64,000 nt of DNA from Rhodothermaceae bacterium (GCA_009841335.1 VXLY01000067.1:22702-86701), one strand, 5' to 3'; numbered from the stretch's first letter, positions 39,892 through 51,783 are shown. Program-made: numbers and translations. The notes: generated by a model not told the origin, from the letters alone.

Positions 39892-41655
39892 CTATTCGCC
39901 GGAAGAGATGCGGAATGTGGCTTCGCTCACGGGGCTTTCCTGGTACCCGTACCTAATTGCTTTTGCACGAAGTGTAGTGGTCTGGTCAATCCTGAGTGGT
40001 GCAGAAAAAAGCAACCAATCTCCTTCCGTGCCGGTCTCGTCGACAATCGCGTAAGTAATTGAGGCTCCTTGTGTTCCGCTGTACATCGTTATGTCGACGG
40101 CGCCGTCAAAAACGCCCCCACTTTGGGTGTGATCCAGACCTCCAGTCTGGATTGCCGTGCGTGAAGTAGCTTGTGGCAGCATGATCGGGGCCCCTGTGAC
40201 GGGCTGTTCTCCGTTCGGCCACATAGATTCAACCATGTCCAATTCAGATCGGAATCCCCAGTCCCCACTCATCACGATCCAGCTGTCAAGGGCCTGTTGT
40301 AGGCGCGCGAGCTCGTCCTTGTAGGTCGGATTGTACGCAAGATTACGAACCTCATATGGATCTTCAGCCGTGTCATAAAGCTCGTGAACCGGACGACGTG
40401 AGCGCATCCAAAGCGTTTGGGGGCCGGTTAGCGCGCCGTCTGCATGAAGTCTAAAGAGCTCTTGCATCGTGGGCATTGCGTTCGCGAAGGCCATCCAGAG
40501 CGCGTACGGTTTTTCCGTTCGGTAGTTGCGGATGTATTTGTATCGCGTATCCCGTACAGCTCTTACGAGATCGTACTGCTCATCAAAACGATCCCTTGCT
40601 GCGTAGACATATTCGTGTGGAGGTTTATTGCCGGCGAAGTCTCCCAGTATGGCCCGTCCCTGAATGTGAGCTGGCGGCTCAATCCCCGCCAGTGAGAGTA
40701 CAGTGGGCGCGAGATCGAGAAAGCTCACAAGCTCTTGATTGACATCGGGCGTCTGGCCCGGTGTATGGATGATCATGGGAACATGCAGGCCGGAATCGTA
40801 CAGCCACCGTTTATGGCGTGGTAATCCATCACCGTGATCGCTCCAGAAAAACACGATCGTATTATCCAGTAGACCGTCCTCCTCCAATTGGTCAAGAATC
40901 ATACCTGCTTGAGCATCCATAACCGCGATATTGTCGTAATGCTGTGCAATATCGCGTCGCACGACGGGTGTGTCTGGATAATAGGGTGGTACGATAACTG
41001 CGTCAGGATCGGTTTCAAGCGGTGCAGGCGCAGGCACTGCAGCGAAGGCAGGCAGTCCCATGGCTTCCATGGCCGCTTCAGGGTCCGGCCAGATGCGGCT
41101 TTCGTGCGTTATCGTAAAATTAAACACCGAAAAAAAGGGTTGATCGGGATCCCGGCGGCCACGCCAATGGGCCTCAGAGCTGGATTCGTCCCAGGCTGTG
41201 GTTGGAGTTTCAAATTGGTAGTCCTCCTTCACATTATTGGTCGTGTAGTAGCCGGCTGCACGCAGATATTCCGTAAAGGTCTTAACATAATGAGGAGGGA
41301 CCACACTGTACGGTGTGGGCTCGGGTGCAAACGGAGCTCCCGAGAGAGTCCTCATATGATGTGCTCCAAGACTGACTTGATGCATGCCGGTGATAATGGC
41401 TGCGCGGCTGGGGGAGCAGACCCCCGCAGTGGTAAATACACGTGTGTAGCGTGTACCACGACTAGCCAGTGAGTCCAAGTTAGGGGTTCGCGCAACGGGA
41501 TCCCCATAGGACCCGAGTCTCGGTCCCATATCTTCGGCTGAAATCCAGACAATATTCGGGCGTTCCAGCGTAGCCGGTTCTTCAACCGCGCTTTCCGGTG
41601 CGGCACACGCGCACAACAGAATGGGAAGAAGCCCAATACGTATATATGATCTCAT
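39892..41655 (-). CDS. Formylglycine-dependent sulfatase (S1) lipoprotein with C-terminal chitobiase/FN3-associated domain
   Basis: RPNIVWISAED, CSPSR signature, SDHG, lipobox LCA-C. Confidence 0.93.
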   Translation of the reverse strand: MRSYIRIGLLPILLCACAAPESAVEEPATLERPNIVWISAEDMGPRLGSYGDPVARTPNLDSLASRGTRYTRVFTTAGVCSPSRAAIITGMHQVSLGAHHMRTLSGAPFAPEPTPYSVVPPHYVKTFTEYLRAAGYYTTNNVKEDYQFETPTTAWDESSSEAHWRGRRDPDQPFFSVFNFTITHESRIWPDPEAAMEAMGLPAFAAVPAPAPLETDPDAVIVPPYYPDTPVVRRDIAQHYDNIAVMDAQAGMILDQLEEDGLLDNTIVFFWSDHGDGLPRHKRWLYDSGLHVPMIIHTPGQTPDVNQELVSFLDLAPTVLSLAGIEPPAHIQGRAILGDFAGNKPPHEYVYAARDRFDEQYDLVRAVRDTRYKYIRNYRTEKPYALWMAFANAMPTMQELFRLHADGALTGPQTLWMRSRRPVHELYDTAEDPYEVRNLAYNPTYKDELARLQQALDSWIVMSGDWGFRSELDMVESMWPNGEQPVTGAPIMLPQATSRTAIQTGGLDHTQSGGVFDGAVDITMYSGTQGASITYAIVDETGTEGDWLLFSAPLRIDQTTTLRAKAIRYGYQESPVSEATFRISSGE

Positions 41656-43163
41656 GCGTCAGTACTGTCAGGTTCGACCGGGCTCAAGCTGAGACCGGTA
41701 TTTATGTATAGTTCGGGCGCGGCAGACTGCAAACGCTCTGTCCCTGCCTCGGTGGTATTGGTTTGCCAAAGGTAGAGGGACTGCAGCTCGGGTAATTCCT
41801 CGAGATGAACCAGTCCAGAATCGGACACTGCTGTGCCATAAAGATTTAGATACTCCAAGTATTCCAAGTTGCTCAGATGCGCCAATCCCTCATCGGTAAC
41901 CGAGGTCTGCTGTAGATGCAGGCGCGTTACATGCGGCAGATCTGCGATCACCTCTACCAGATCGTTTCCAGCCTGGGAGCGTCCAAGATCAAGCCACGCG
42001 ATATTGGGGGCGAGCCGCAATAGCGCTTCACGCAATTCACTCGTACCTGTGCACGCTTCCAGGTCCATGCAGCGTACCTGCAGGTACGGCTCATTTTCAG
42101 CCAAGGGTGTGACGGATAATCCCAGGTTAGCGAGTGCAACGATATCCATGGAATCCGGCGGAGCGGTATCCAGCGCGAAGATTCCGGTCCGGATTTCGTC
42201 CAGCCCCATGCCATCCACAATAGTTTGGACAACGGGTGACCACTCAGCGTCCGGGAGGAGCTCCTCAAAAGAGGCGCCCGCGTCAATCCACCATCGCAGC
42301 AGCTCGGCTTCCGCCACGGACAGCTGTGGGCTCTCAATGGGCGGCATATGGTCGTCCGAATTGAGCGGTAGCCACACGCGGTGGATAAGCTCACTCTCAT
42401 GCGCGCGACCAGCGACAATGGGTGGGCCGTCATCTCCGCCCTCGCTGATAAATTCGGGAGTATCCAAACGCAGTCCACCCCGTTGGGCGTTAGCACCGTG
42501 ACACGATACACATCTGGATTCAAGGATGGGTGCAATCAGCGCAGTATACGTAGAGGTTTCCGCGGGATTCTCCAACAGGAGACGTCCGATATCGGCTTTT
42601 TTGGGTAGTCCTGCAATCTGGCGCAAGCCATCCGGCATATAGCGGGATAAATGATCTGGGCCATGTGTCAACACGCCCCCAAAATGTCCGGTAAGTGCAA
42701 CCCCGAATAGCAGGAGCCCTAACGATATACCGTACATACGGGGTTCCCAGTGTTTAAGCCAGCGTTCTGAGAGGCCTGGCCAGGCTTTGTACAGGTAAGC
42801 CAGCGAAGCAAACAGGACGACCAGTATCCCCATGCGCTTATGCCAGGCTAGCTGGCTAGCGGAATAGCCACCGCCCTGGGCCAGGTATAGACCGAAAATA
42901 ACGGCCACGATAGAACTCCAGACACCGATATACAGGAGTGCCAGAATTCCTATATCATACCGTCCTCGCCAGGCTGGCCTCAATGAGAGACACTCAAGCA
43001 GGATAGCCACCACCAGGATCCCAATCGGCAGATGTACAATGACGGGGTGAAATCGTCCCAGAAACAGGCTGAAGTCACTTGGTCGCCCAGAGCCCGGTAC
43101 GGCTACCAACATTACTACCAGCAGGGCGAGGCCTGCACACATCCAGAACACGGACTGCTTCAT
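41652..43163 (-). CDS. DUF2231-like membrane domain + planctomycete-type cytochrome c + LRR fusion
   Basis: GRFHPVIVHLPIG, WHKRMG and TGHFGG His-bearing TM helices; CVSCH...HMPP heme domain; C-terminal LxxLxLxxTxVTDxGL repeats. Confidence 0.85.
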   Translation of the reverse strand: MKQSVFWMCAGLALLVVMLVAVPGSGRPSDFSLFLGRFHPVIVHLPIGILVVAILLECLSLRPAWRGRYDIGILALLYIGVWSSIVAVIFGLYLAQGGGYSASQLAWHKRMGILVVLFASLAYLYKAWPGLSERWLKHWEPRMYGISLGLLLFGVALTGHFGGVLTHGPDHLSRYMPDGLRQIAGLPKKADIGRLLLENPAETSTYTALIAPILESRCVSCHGANAQRGGLRLDTPEFISEGGDDGPPIVAGRAHESELIHRVWLPLNSDDHMPPIESPQLSVAEAELLRWWIDAGASFEELLPDAEWSPVVQTIVDGMGLDEIRTGIFALDTAPPDSMDIVALANLGLSVTPLAENEPYLQVRCMDLEACTGTSELREALLRLAPNIAWLDLGRSQAGNDLVEVIADLPHVTRLHLQQTSVTDEGLAHLSNLEYLEYLNLYGTAVSDSGLVHLEELPELQSLYLWQTNTTEAGTERLQSAAPELYINTGLSLSPVEPDSTDA

Positions 43164-43204
43164 AGTGCCAACAAGAAAATAGGTTTAGTTTTAGTTGAGA
43201 AGTA

Positions 43205-44668
43205 CTAGGCCAGGACCTGGTGCACAACATGTCCGTGCACATCGGTCAAGCGAAAGTCTCGGCCTTGGAAGGGGTAAGTTAATCGCTCGTGATCAAATCC
43301 AAGAAGATGCAGGATCGTAGCTTGCAGGTCGTGGACATGTACCTGACCACTCACAGTGCTGTATCCGATTTCGTCTGTTTCACCATGCGTGATGCCGCCC
43401 TTAACGCCGCCACCAGCCATCCACATCGTATAAGCGTCGCTGTGATGATCCCGCCCGACAAAGGGGTTGTCTGTTCCGGAGCGGTTTTCCAGCATCGGTG
43501 TTCGCCCAAATTCTCCGCCCCAGATCACCAGGGTTTCTTCGAGCAGGCCGCGTTGTTCCAAGTCTTCTAGGAGTGCAGTTACCGGACGATCAGTTTCGCG
43601 GCAGCGCTCCAGGAAACCCACATTCAGGGCTTCACTTTCGCCTGCACCGTGTGAGTCCCAACCCCAGTGAAATAACTGAACGAAGCGAACCCCCCGTTCC
43701 ACCAGCCTTCGTGCGAGAAGACAGTTATTACTGAATGCCGTTTCGCCGGGTGCGGTGCCGTACAACTCATGTATGTAGGCAGGTTCACGGCTGATGTCCA
43801 TGGCTTCCGGCACGGAGGTTTGCATGCGGAAAGCCATTTCATACTGTGCAATGCGTGTGAGAATCTCGGGATCACCTACCTCCTCGTACTGTTGCTGATT
43901 GATCGTATTGATGGCATCAATGGATTTACGCCGCAGGTCACGCGGTATGCCCTCCGGGTCGCCCAAAAACAAGACCGGATCCCCTTTGGTTCTGCACTGC
44001 ACTCCTTGGTATACTGTGGGCAGAAAGCCACTTCCATACACACTGGCGCCCGCGTCCGGCGCAGCTCCACCGGAAAGCAGAACGACAAATGCAGGCAGGT
44101 TCGCATTCTCGGTACCAAGCCCATAGGTTACCCAGGATCCCATACTCGGTCGGCCAAGGCGGGCGTAGCCCGAATGGACTAACAGTTGTGCTGGAGCGTG
44201 GTTGAATTCATCAGTGCGCATAGCCTTGAGGAAGGCGATCTTATCCGCGACGCGCCCCAAGTGCGGGAGGTGGTCCGAGATCCAGGCGCCCGACTCTCCG
44301 TGTTGACGAAAGTTGGCTTGGGGTCCCAGCATTTTTGGTATGCCCCGGATAAATGCGAAGCGCTTGCCCTCCAAAAGCGATTCGGGACAGTCCTGGCCAT
44401 GCAGTCGCGCGAGTGTGGGTTTGTAGTCAAACAACTCCAATGGAGAGGGGCCGCCGGCCATATGCAAAAAGATCACACGTTTGGCACGCGGAGCAAAATG
44501 TGGCTTACGCGGTGCCAATGGATCGGGAGAGCCAGTCGGATCAGTCGCTCCGGCGGCACCAAGTGAGGCAAACGCCATCGCCCCGAGTCCGGCACCCGCG
44601 GACTTCAGGAAGTGACGACGCGTTACGTGCCCCAGGTATGCGTGTTGGGTTTCTTTAGCAAGACTCAT
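43205..44668 (-). CDS. DUF1501 protein (TAT-exported)
   Basis: TRRHFLK twin-arginine motif; KRVIFLHMAGGPS, GWDSH, WGGEFGRTP, GRDHH, RLTDVHG. Confidence 0.9.
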   Translation of the reverse strand: MSLAKETQHAYLGHVTRRHFLKSAGAGLGAMAFASLGAAGATDPTGSPDPLAPRKPHFAPRAKRVIFLHMAGGPSPLELFDYKPTLARLHGQDCPESLLEGKRFAFIRGIPKMLGPQANFRQHGESGAWISDHLPHLGRVADKIAFLKAMRTDEFNHAPAQLLVHSGYARLGRPSMGSWVTYGLGTENANLPAFVVLLSGGAAPDAGASVYGSGFLPTVYQGVQCRTKGDPVLFLGDPEGIPRDLRRKSIDAINTINQQQYEEVGDPEILTRIAQYEMAFRMQTSVPEAMDISREPAYIHELYGTAPGETAFSNNCLLARRLVERGVRFVQLFHWGWDSHGAGESEALNVGFLERCRETDRPVTALLEDLEQRGLLEETLVIWGGEFGRTPMLENRSGTDNPFVGRDHHSDAYTMWMAGGGVKGGITHGETDEIGYSTVSGQVHVHDLQATILHLLGFDHERLTYPFQGRDFRLTDVHGHVVHQVLA

Positions 44669-44747
44669 GATAAATTGGAGATCGTCCAGTCTTAATCATA
44701 GCATATTGAATTTAGGGAGAATGCTGCAGTCATGGAGGAGCACAAGA

Positions 44748-47216
44748 TCACGCTTTCATTATGAACTGATCAAGGTTAAGGATTGCATTGGCGACAACGA
44801 TCAGCGCTGCCAACTCAGCAGATCTCTGGTCTCCGGTTAATGTAATTGCATCGCTCTCGCGTTCAGTGTAATAGGCTATGGCATCATGATATAGGGGTTC
44901 GAGTGTGTTGAGCGTTTCCTGGTCCGGTGCCACTCCCATGGCGTATATATATCCCGCTTCAAGGGGGGGGTCGGAATTTAGCATACGCTGGGCTAACGCT
45001 TGCGCTGCCTCAAAAAACACGGGATCATTCAGCGAGACCAATGCCTGAAGGGGCGTGTTGGTTCTTATCCTTCGAGATACACAAAACTCGCGGCTGGGAC
45101 TGTCAAATGTCGTCATAGACGGGTATGGTACGGTGCGCCGCCAGTACGTATAAATCCCGCGCCTGTACCGATCATCCCCTTGGCTGGTTTGCCATCGGCG
45201 GGCGTCGTAAGGGTTATTCCAGAGCCCTTCCGGTTGAGGAGGCATTACACTCGGACCATACATTGAGGGGCTTAGCAGCCCGCTCACGTAGAGTGCCTGA
45301 TCCCGGATCTGTTCTGCGCTCAGACGGAAGCGGGCACCCCGTGCCAGCAGCCGGTTTCGGGGATCTTTGACTTCCAGTTCATTGGTCACGTGTGAGGACT
45401 GCCTGTACGTCGAAGAAGACACTATAGAACGCAGCAATGACTTGACGCTCCAGGAGTGATCTTCCATAAAGCTGACCGCCAAGTAATCCAGTAAGTCTGG
45501 ATGTGAGCGTTCAAGCCCCTGAGTACCAAAATCTTCCAGTGATTCGATGAGTCCAATCCCATAGAGTTGTTCCCAAAATCGATTTACCGTTACCCGTGCG
45601 GTGAGCGGATTGTCTCCGCTGACCAGCCACTGTGCCATTCCCAGACGATTACGAGGAGCATCCTCCGGCATTGGAGGTAATGCATCGGGCGTATCGGGTT
45701 CAACCTGTTCGCCTTTCAGCAGAAAGCTGCCCCGTTCGAACACATGTGTGCGTCGCTGGAAGGGGAGTTCCTGCATGATGGGGGTATGGACCGCGTTTAA
45801 TGCTCGCAACGCCCGCTCTTTTTCCGCTTTTTCAGAACGCAGCCGCTCAAGTTCAGGATCGTCACTGACACTGGCGTAAATGTGGTCCAATGTCCATCGC
45901 TGACCATCTCCTCGCTGCTCTTCTGGGGTCGCCACAACCCGCTTGACCTCATTTTGAAGCATAAGTCGGACGCGGCCAATGATTTCGGGTTGGTCCAGCG
46001 TCGTCTCCCATTCACGCCGCTCTTCAGCCAGTGCATTGGAGCGCACGCGGGCAATGATGTCCTCTTCAAGTTGGGCAATGTTCTCCAGGAGTTTGTTTCC
46101 CTGTTCGGCTACCTCTTCCTCAAACAAGGGGAGGGTTGGATATTCGGTGTCCAGATCCCGGTCGGCGCTGCTGTTGAAGAAGGCAAAGAACTCGTAATAC
46201 TCCTCGTGTGTGAATGGGTCATACGGGTGGCCATGGCACTGAACACATGCGAACGAGGTCCCCTGCCAGACTTCCCAGGTCGTGTTCACGCGATCAATGA
46301 CCGCCGCTACGCGAAATTCTTCATCGTCTGTTCCCCCTTCGGTGTTGGTCATAGTGTTGCGGTTGAAGGCGGTCGCGATGCGCTGGCTTTCGGTCGCGTT
46401 CGGCAAAAGATCCCCTGCTAACTGTTCAATCGTGAATTGATCGAATGGCAGATCATCATTGAAGGCCTGAATGACCCAATCCCGATAACGCCAAATGGTC
46501 CGGCCTATATCTTTTTCATATCCCTTGGAGTCAGCGTATCTTGCGAGGTCCAGCCACATAGCCGCCCAGCGCTCACCGTATGCCGGGGAGGCCAGTAGCG
46601 AATCTACATAGGTCTCGTACGATCCACCGTCAACACAGACCCGTCTCACGTCTTCCGGTTTTGGGGGCAGGCCAATCAGGTCCAGTGTGACTCTCCGGAC
46701 AAGCACGGGGCATTCCGCTTCGGGAGAAGGTGACAACTCTTCTTTGTCCAGCCGGGAAAGTACAAAGTAATCCAGCGGCTCACGCGGCCACGCGGGATCA
46801 GATACGTCCGGTAAGGACGGTCGCTCGGGGGTGACGTAAGCCCAGTGATCCTCCCATTGGGCCCCTTCTTCAATCCAGGTGTGCAGAATTTCAATTTGCT
46901 CAGGTGTGAGCGGGTCATCATCCTGAGGCATCCGATGCTTCGGATCTGCAAGCGAAACGCGTCGCAGCAGTTCGCTTTCGTCGGGCTTAAGGGGGACGAT
47001 TGCACGTTCGCCCGATTCTGCTGCGGCAAGTGCTTCATGTCGGAAGAGCAGGCTTAGATCTGCCTGGCGGCGGATGCCTCCATGACAATTCACGCATCGC
47101 TCATTCAGTATAGGGCGAACCTGCTCATTAAAGCTGATCTCTGGAGCACGACCGCAGCCATTGAACACAGAAACAGCAACCGTGACCACGATGTACCCGG
47201 CAATGAGATGCTTCAT
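44748..47216 (-). CDS. PSCyt1 + DUF1549 + DUF1553 cytochrome c lipoprotein (no LamG domain)
   Basis: Lipobox FNG-C; CVNCH and CVQCH; WLDLARYADS; NPLTARVTVNR; TNTPLQAL. Confidence 0.9.
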   Translation of the reverse strand: MKHLIAGYIVVTVAVSVFNGCGRAPEISFNEQVRPILNERCVNCHGGIRRQADLSLLFRHEALAAAESGERAIVPLKPDESELLRRVSLADPKHRMPQDDDPLTPEQIEILHTWIEEGAQWEDHWAYVTPERPSLPDVSDPAWPREPLDYFVLSRLDKEELSPSPEAECPVLVRRVTLDLIGLPPKPEDVRRVCVDGGSYETYVDSLLASPAYGERWAAMWLDLARYADSKGYEKDIGRTIWRYRDWVIQAFNDDLPFDQFTIEQLAGDLLPNATESQRIATAFNRNTMTNTEGGTDDEEFRVAAVIDRVNTTWEVWQGTSFACVQCHGHPYDPFTHEEYYEFFAFFNSSADRDLDTEYPTLPLFEEEVAEQGNKLLENIAQLEEDIIARVRSNALAEERREWETTLDQPEIIGRVRLMLQNEVKRVVATPEEQRGDGQRWTLDHIYASVSDDPELERLRSEKAEKERALRALNAVHTPIMQELPFQRRTHVFERGSFLLKGEQVEPDTPDALPPMPEDAPRNRLGMAQWLVSGDNPLTARVTVNRFWEQLYGIGLIESLEDFGTQGLERSHPDLLDYLAVSFMEDHSWSVKSLLRSIVSSSTYRQSSHVTNELEVKDPRNRLLARGARFRLSAEQIRDQALYVSGLLSPSMYGPSVMPPQPEGLWNNPYDARRWQTSQGDDRYRRGIYTYWRRTVPYPSMTTFDSPSREFCVSRRIRTNTPLQALVSLNDPVFFEAAQALAQRMLNSDPPLEAGYIYAMGVAPDQETLNTLEPLYHDAIAYYTERESDAITLTGDQRSAELAALIVVANAILNLDQFIMKA

Positions 47217-48625
47217 ACAATCAGAGGTTTGACGACCGTACCATGCACATCCGTGAGGCGGTAGCGGCGGCCCTGATACTTAAAAGTAAGTAGCTCATGA
47301 TCAATTCCAAGTAGATGCATCAGGGTTGCTTGCAAATCATGCACGTGCACCGGGTCACGAACCACATTGTAGCCAAGATCATCCGTTTCACCATAGCTGA
47401 AACCGGATCGCACGCCTCCACCGGCCATCCACAGTGTGAAACATCGGGGATGGTGATCGCGACCGTAATCTTCATCTGTTAGGCGCCCTTGGCAGTAATT
47501 GGTGCGCCCGAACTCTCCTCCCCAGATGACCAGGGTATCGTCCAGCAGGCCCCGTTGTTTGAGGTCTCGCACGAGAGCAGCCGAGGGTTGGTCGGTTTCT
47601 CTTGACTGGACTTTAATACCGGATGGCAGTCCCCCATGATGATCCCATCCCTGATGGAAGAGCTGGATAAAGCGTACTCCCCGTTCGGCCAGACGCCGGG
47701 CCAAAAGACAGTTGGCGGCAAAGGTGCCGGGCTCCCGGGCATCTTCGCCGTAGAGGTCGAAGATATAATCCGGCTCATTGGAAAGGTCCATCACATCGGG
47801 CACAGAGGTTTGCATACGATAGGCCATTTCGTACTGAGATATCCGTGACTCAATACGCTCCCATCCGGGTGCGCCTTCTTTCAGTTGATGCAATTCCCGA
47901 AGGCGATCAAGTTGCATTCGTCGCTGTTTTGAAGAGACGCCATCAGGGTTGCTCAGATATAGCACGGGATCCACTCCGCTTCTGAACTGCACTCCCTGAT
48001 GTTGTGATGGCAGGAACCCATTCCCCCAGAGTCGGGCATAGAGTGGTTGTCCTCCCTTGTCTTTCGTGATTAGCACACAAAATGCCGGCAGGTTTTCGTT
48101 TTCGGTTCCGAGCCCATAGCTGAGCCATGATCCGAAGGACGGCCGGCCCGCAATCTGTGATCCTGTAAGAAAGAATGTAATTGCCGGATCGTGGTTGATC
48201 GCCTCGGTGTGCATGGATTTAACGAAGCATAACTCATCCACAATCTCTGCAGTGTACGGCATCAGTTCGCTCACCCAGGTTTTGCTCTCTCCATATTGGG
48301 CAAAAGAAAAGTGTGAGCGGGCCAGGGGCAACCTGTTCTGAAAGCCAGTCATTCCGGTAAGCCGCTGTCCCTTGCGCACGGATTCAGGCAATTCCTGCCC
48401 GTGCATGGCATTAACCTGTGGCTTATGGTCAAACAGTTCGAACTGTGAGGGGCCACCGCTCTGGAACAGGTAAATGATTCGTTTGGCGCGCGGGATCAAG
48501 TCCGTCCCAGTGGCCAGGGACGGATTTACTAGCGAGGACAACGCAAGCCCGCCCAGCCCCATGCCAAGGCGCCCCAAAAACTCCCTGCGAGTGCTGAGGG
48601 GGCTATAATTACAACAGTCATGCAT
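47213..48625 (-). CDS. DUF1501 protein (TAT-exported)
   Basis: STRREFLG; IIYLFQSGGPSQ, NHDPA, GWDHH, EFGRT, GRDHH. Confidence 0.9.
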   Translation of the reverse strand: MHDCCNYSPLSTRREFLGRLGMGLGGLALSSLVNPSLATGTDLIPRAKRIIYLFQSGGPSQFELFDHKPQVNAMHGQELPESVRKGQRLTGMTGFQNRLPLARSHFSFAQYGESKTWVSELMPYTAEIVDELCFVKSMHTEAINHDPAITFFLTGSQIAGRPSFGSWLSYGLGTENENLPAFCVLITKDKGGQPLYARLWGNGFLPSQHQGVQFRSGVDPVLYLSNPDGVSSKQRRMQLDRLRELHQLKEGAPGWERIESRISQYEMAYRMQTSVPDVMDLSNEPDYIFDLYGEDAREPGTFAANCLLARRLAERGVRFIQLFHQGWDHHGGLPSGIKVQSRETDQPSAALVRDLKQRGLLDDTLVIWGGEFGRTNYCQGRLTDEDYGRDHHPRCFTLWMAGGGVRSGFSYGETDDLGYNVVRDPVHVHDLQATLMHLLGIDHELLTFKYQGRRYRLTDVHGTVVKPLIV

Positions 48626-51600
48626 CAGTACTTCTCAATAACTTCATCAAAGGAGAGCAATGTATTGGCAACCATGGTATGTGCAGCCCATTCAACAGGG
48701 TCTAGCCCGGCTTGCAGTTGGGACTCCCCGGTTTCTAACAGTCGCCTGGCCGCCTTGGGGTCCTTGGAAAATTCCTCAAGCTGTTCAGCGTATAGTGATT
48801 GCAATGCTTTCGTTTCGGATGGATTCGGGCTACGTCCGGTTAGCAATTTAAATCCCAACGCAATTTGATCTTCAAGTGTTTCCATCCCGAGCATGCGGGC
48901 GGCTATGTGACGGGATGCTTCCACATACTGTGGGTCATTGAGCAGAACCAGGGCCTGCATAGGGGTCGCTGTGCGCTGACGCCGCATCACACACTGTGCA
49001 CGAGTTGGCATATCAAAAGTGATCAGGGAAGGAGGTGGGGAAGTGCGCTTGAAGAAGGTGTAAAGTGTGCGCCGGTAGAGGTCAGAGCCTGAGCCCTGCT
49101 CATACCTGATCCCGATCCCGTGCTTTTCCTGCCAGAGTCCTCCCGGTTGATACGGTTTAACGGCAGGTCCACCTAGCGTTCGGTCAAGAAGTCCACTGAC
49201 TGCAAGTGCCTGGTCGCGCACCATTTCTGCACTCAGGCGAAGTCTGGGGCCTCGTGCGAACAACTTATTGTCGGGGTCAAGGTCAAGGAGTACAGGACTA
49301 GCTTCAGATTGCTGGCGATAGGTGGCACTCGTCACGATCAGGCGCTGCATAGCCTTAATATCCCATCCCGAGTTAACGAATGTCGTGGCCAGATAATCCA
49401 GCAGTTCAGGGAAGGAGGGCAAGGCGCCCTGTCGTCCAAAATCTTCAGGTGTGGAGACAATGCCGGTTCCAAAGTACTTCTGCCAATACCGGTTCACTGC
49501 AACCCGGGCAGTAAGAGGATGCTCTGGATGAAACAACCATCTGGCCAAACCGAGGCGGTTTTGAGGTGCATCATCGGGGAAAGGCAGGATGGCATCTGGT
49601 GTGTGCGGTTCAACGCGCTCCCCCTTTGCGTCGTACTGGCCACGGTTCAATATGTACGCTGGTCGTGGGGGGGACATCTCCTCAGTGACCATGATTGCCG
49701 GTATACCTTCAAGGAGGGTGTTCTCCTTTTCGCGCAGGGCTTGGAGGGCAGCCTGAGCGCGCTGCCAAGGTGTCACTTCATGTGCCAGATACCATTGAAA
49801 AAGATCGTCTCGATCTGCGGTCACTTCTGTTCTCCCTGCCAGGCGCGCAACTTCAAAGCCATACAGCCTCTGATCGTACAGGCGTAATTCATCAACAGCT
49901 CCGTTACGCAGGCCGCTGTCGTGGTGTCGGTAGGCGATTTGCAGGGGGACCTTCAAATCGTCGTATATGATATCCCGGGTAAGACCATCACGCACGGTTT
50001 CTACATCGGCGAGTAGCCCATTGAGGTACAGGCGCACACCGGAGGCGCGGCTGGATCCATCGTAGGTCATGGCTACATGCGTCCAATCCCCAAGCAGGAG
50101 AGCATCAATCGTTTGGATGCGCAAGGCATTTTGGGGCCACATATGGGCCAGTTGCGCCACGAGGCGACCATCCCGGAGTACAAGCTCCCAGCCGTGGCTC
50201 CCGACATCCTGTGCAGCCAGCGTGCGATGGACGATGGCACCTGTATCCTCTCCCGGATTGATCCAGAGACTTACGGTAAAGGGTTGTGTCCGCCGGAATT
50301 CACCCATATCTGCGAAGGAGAAACCGCTCTCACCGTCAAAGGCCATCGCCTGCCCCTGGTACCCAGGCACTATATCTGGGGTGAAGACGGCTGTCCCCTG
50401 TTTGCCATCCTGGCATGGTAATGTTGGTCCGTTCAGGCGTTCAAACTCGCAGGAAAGAGTGGGCCTGGGGTCGGTATCCGGCGGTAATGACGGGTACCGG
50501 GAAGTAAAGCCCAGCCTCGACATTTCCGCTATATTGCCAACTGCACGCTCAGCTGATTCAATCTCACGCGCGAGACGATCCAGTTCCTCCTGATCATCCG
50601 GCGTAGGCAAATCCAGTGCTGGCACGGGCACTGCATACGGTGAAGTCTGCCCGGATTCGTCCACATTGTTAAAAAAACTGAAGAGCCCATAGTAGTTGGC
50701 TTGCGTAATCGGATCGTACTTGTGATTGTGGCAGCGTGCACATTCAAGGGTCAGGCCCATGAATGCCGCCCCCATCGTATTGACGCGATCCGCCACGTAT
50801 TCCGTGCGCAACTCTTCTTCAATAATGCCCCCTTCGTTAGTCTGGCGGTGGTTACGGTTGAAGGTGGTCGCCAACCGTTGGTTCAGTGTTGCATTTGGCA
50901 GTAGGTCTCCCGCAAGCTGCCAGGTAGCGAACGTATCAAAGGGCAGGTTCTCATTGTAGGCTTCCACGACCCAGTCTCTCCACGGCCACACGTACCGATC
51001 CCCATCATTTTGATATCCATGTGTGTCCGCGAATCTAGCGATATCCAGCCACATAGAAGCCATGTGCTCTCCATAAGCCGGAGAGTCAAGCAGCCGATCA
51101 ACAACCTTTTCATAGGCATGAGCAGAGGTATCTGCAAGAAAAGCGTCCAGTTCCTCCAACGTTGGGGGAAGACCAGTTAGGTCAAGTGTAACGCGTCGAA
51201 GGAGCGTGCCTGGGTCTGCCTCTGGAGCCGGGGTCAGTTCTTCCGACTCAAGACGCGCCAGCGTGAAGTGGTCAATTCCGTTGTTCGGCCAATCCGATTG
51301 TTGGACGGTCGGCAAGGGTACATCAGCAGCCGGCAGGAAGCTCCAGTGCGGTTTCCATTCGGCTCCCTGTTCAATCCAGCGACTGAGGAGTGCAATTTCG
51401 TGGTCAGATAGTGAAAGTTTCGATTCCAGCGGGGGCATGCGCACGTCTGGATCATCGGAGTGAATACGCGAATATAGACGGCTCTTTCTGAGGCTTCCAG
51501 GAACGACGGCGTATCCCCCGGAAGCAAGACGCTCCTGCTTTGCCCCAGCCTCCTCGTCCAGACGCAGGCCGGCCTGCCGTGCGTTGGCATCAGGACCATG

Positions 51601-51783
51601 GCAGGCGTAACAGCGGTCCGAAAGGATCGGCCGGACGTGAAAATTGTAGTCAACGACTTCCGGCAACGTTGCATCCCGTGGATGCAGTTCGCTCCCGCAC
51701 CCGGCTGTAATCAGCAGGGTTATGCAAACCGCAAAAGGGATGATTTCAGGCCAGGAGATCCTTAACGACATGGCCATGCACAT
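48625..51783 (-). CDS. PSCyt1 + DUF1549 + LamG + DUF1553 cytochrome c lipoprotein, duplicate A
   Basis: Lipobox TAG-C; CYACH and CARCH; Lam[12 protein letters not shown]; TATPMQAL. Confidence 0.9.
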   Translation of the reverse strand: MCMAMSLRISWPEIIPFAVCITLLITAGCGSELHPRDATLPEVVDYNFHVRPILSDRCYACHGPDANARQAGLRLDEEAGAKQERLASGGYAVVPGSLRKSRLYSRIHSDDPDVRMPPLESKLSLSDHEIALLSRWIEQGAEWKPHWSFLPAADVPLPTVQQSDWPNNGIDHFTLARLESEELTPAPEADPGTLLRRVTLDLTGLPPTLEELDAFLADTSAHAYEKVVDRLLDSPAYGEHMASMWLDIARFADTHGYQNDGDRYVWPWRDWVVEAYNENLPFDTFATWQLAGDLLPNATLNQRLATTFNRNHRQTNEGGIIEEELRTEYVADRVNTMGAAFMGLTLECARCHNHKYDPITQANYYGLFSFFNNVDESGQTSPYAVPVPALDLPTPDDQEELDRLAREIESAERAVGNIAEMSRLGFTSRYPSLPPDTDPRPTLSCEFERLNGPTLPCQDGKQGTAVFTPDIVPGYQGQAMAFDGESGFSFADMGEFRRTQPFTVSLWINPGEDTGAIVHRTLAAQDVGSHGWELVLRDGRLVAQLAHMWPQNALRIQTIDALLLGDWTHVAMTYDGSSRASGVRLYLNGLLADVETVRDGLTRDIIYDDLKVPLQIAYRHHDSGLRNGAVDELRLYDQRLYGFEVARLAGRTEVTADRDDLFQWYLAHEVTPWQRAQAALQALREKENTLLEGIPAIMVTEEMSPPRPAYILNRGQYDAKGERVEPHTPDAILPFPDDAPQNRLGLARWLFHPEHPLTARVAVNRYWQKYFGTGIVSTPEDFGRQGALPSFPELLDYLATTFVNSGWDIKAMQRLIVTSATYRQQSEASPVLLDLDPDNKLFARGPRLRLSAEMVRDQALAVSGLLDRTLGGPAVKPYQPGGLWQEKHGIGIRYEQGSGSDLYRRTLYTFFKRTSPPPSLITFDMPTRAQCVMRRQRTATPMQALVLLNDPQYVEASRHIAARMLGMETLEDQIALGFKLLTGRSPNPSETKALQSLYAEQLEEFSKDPKAARRLLETGESQLQAGLDPVEWAAHTMVANTLLSFDEVIEKY

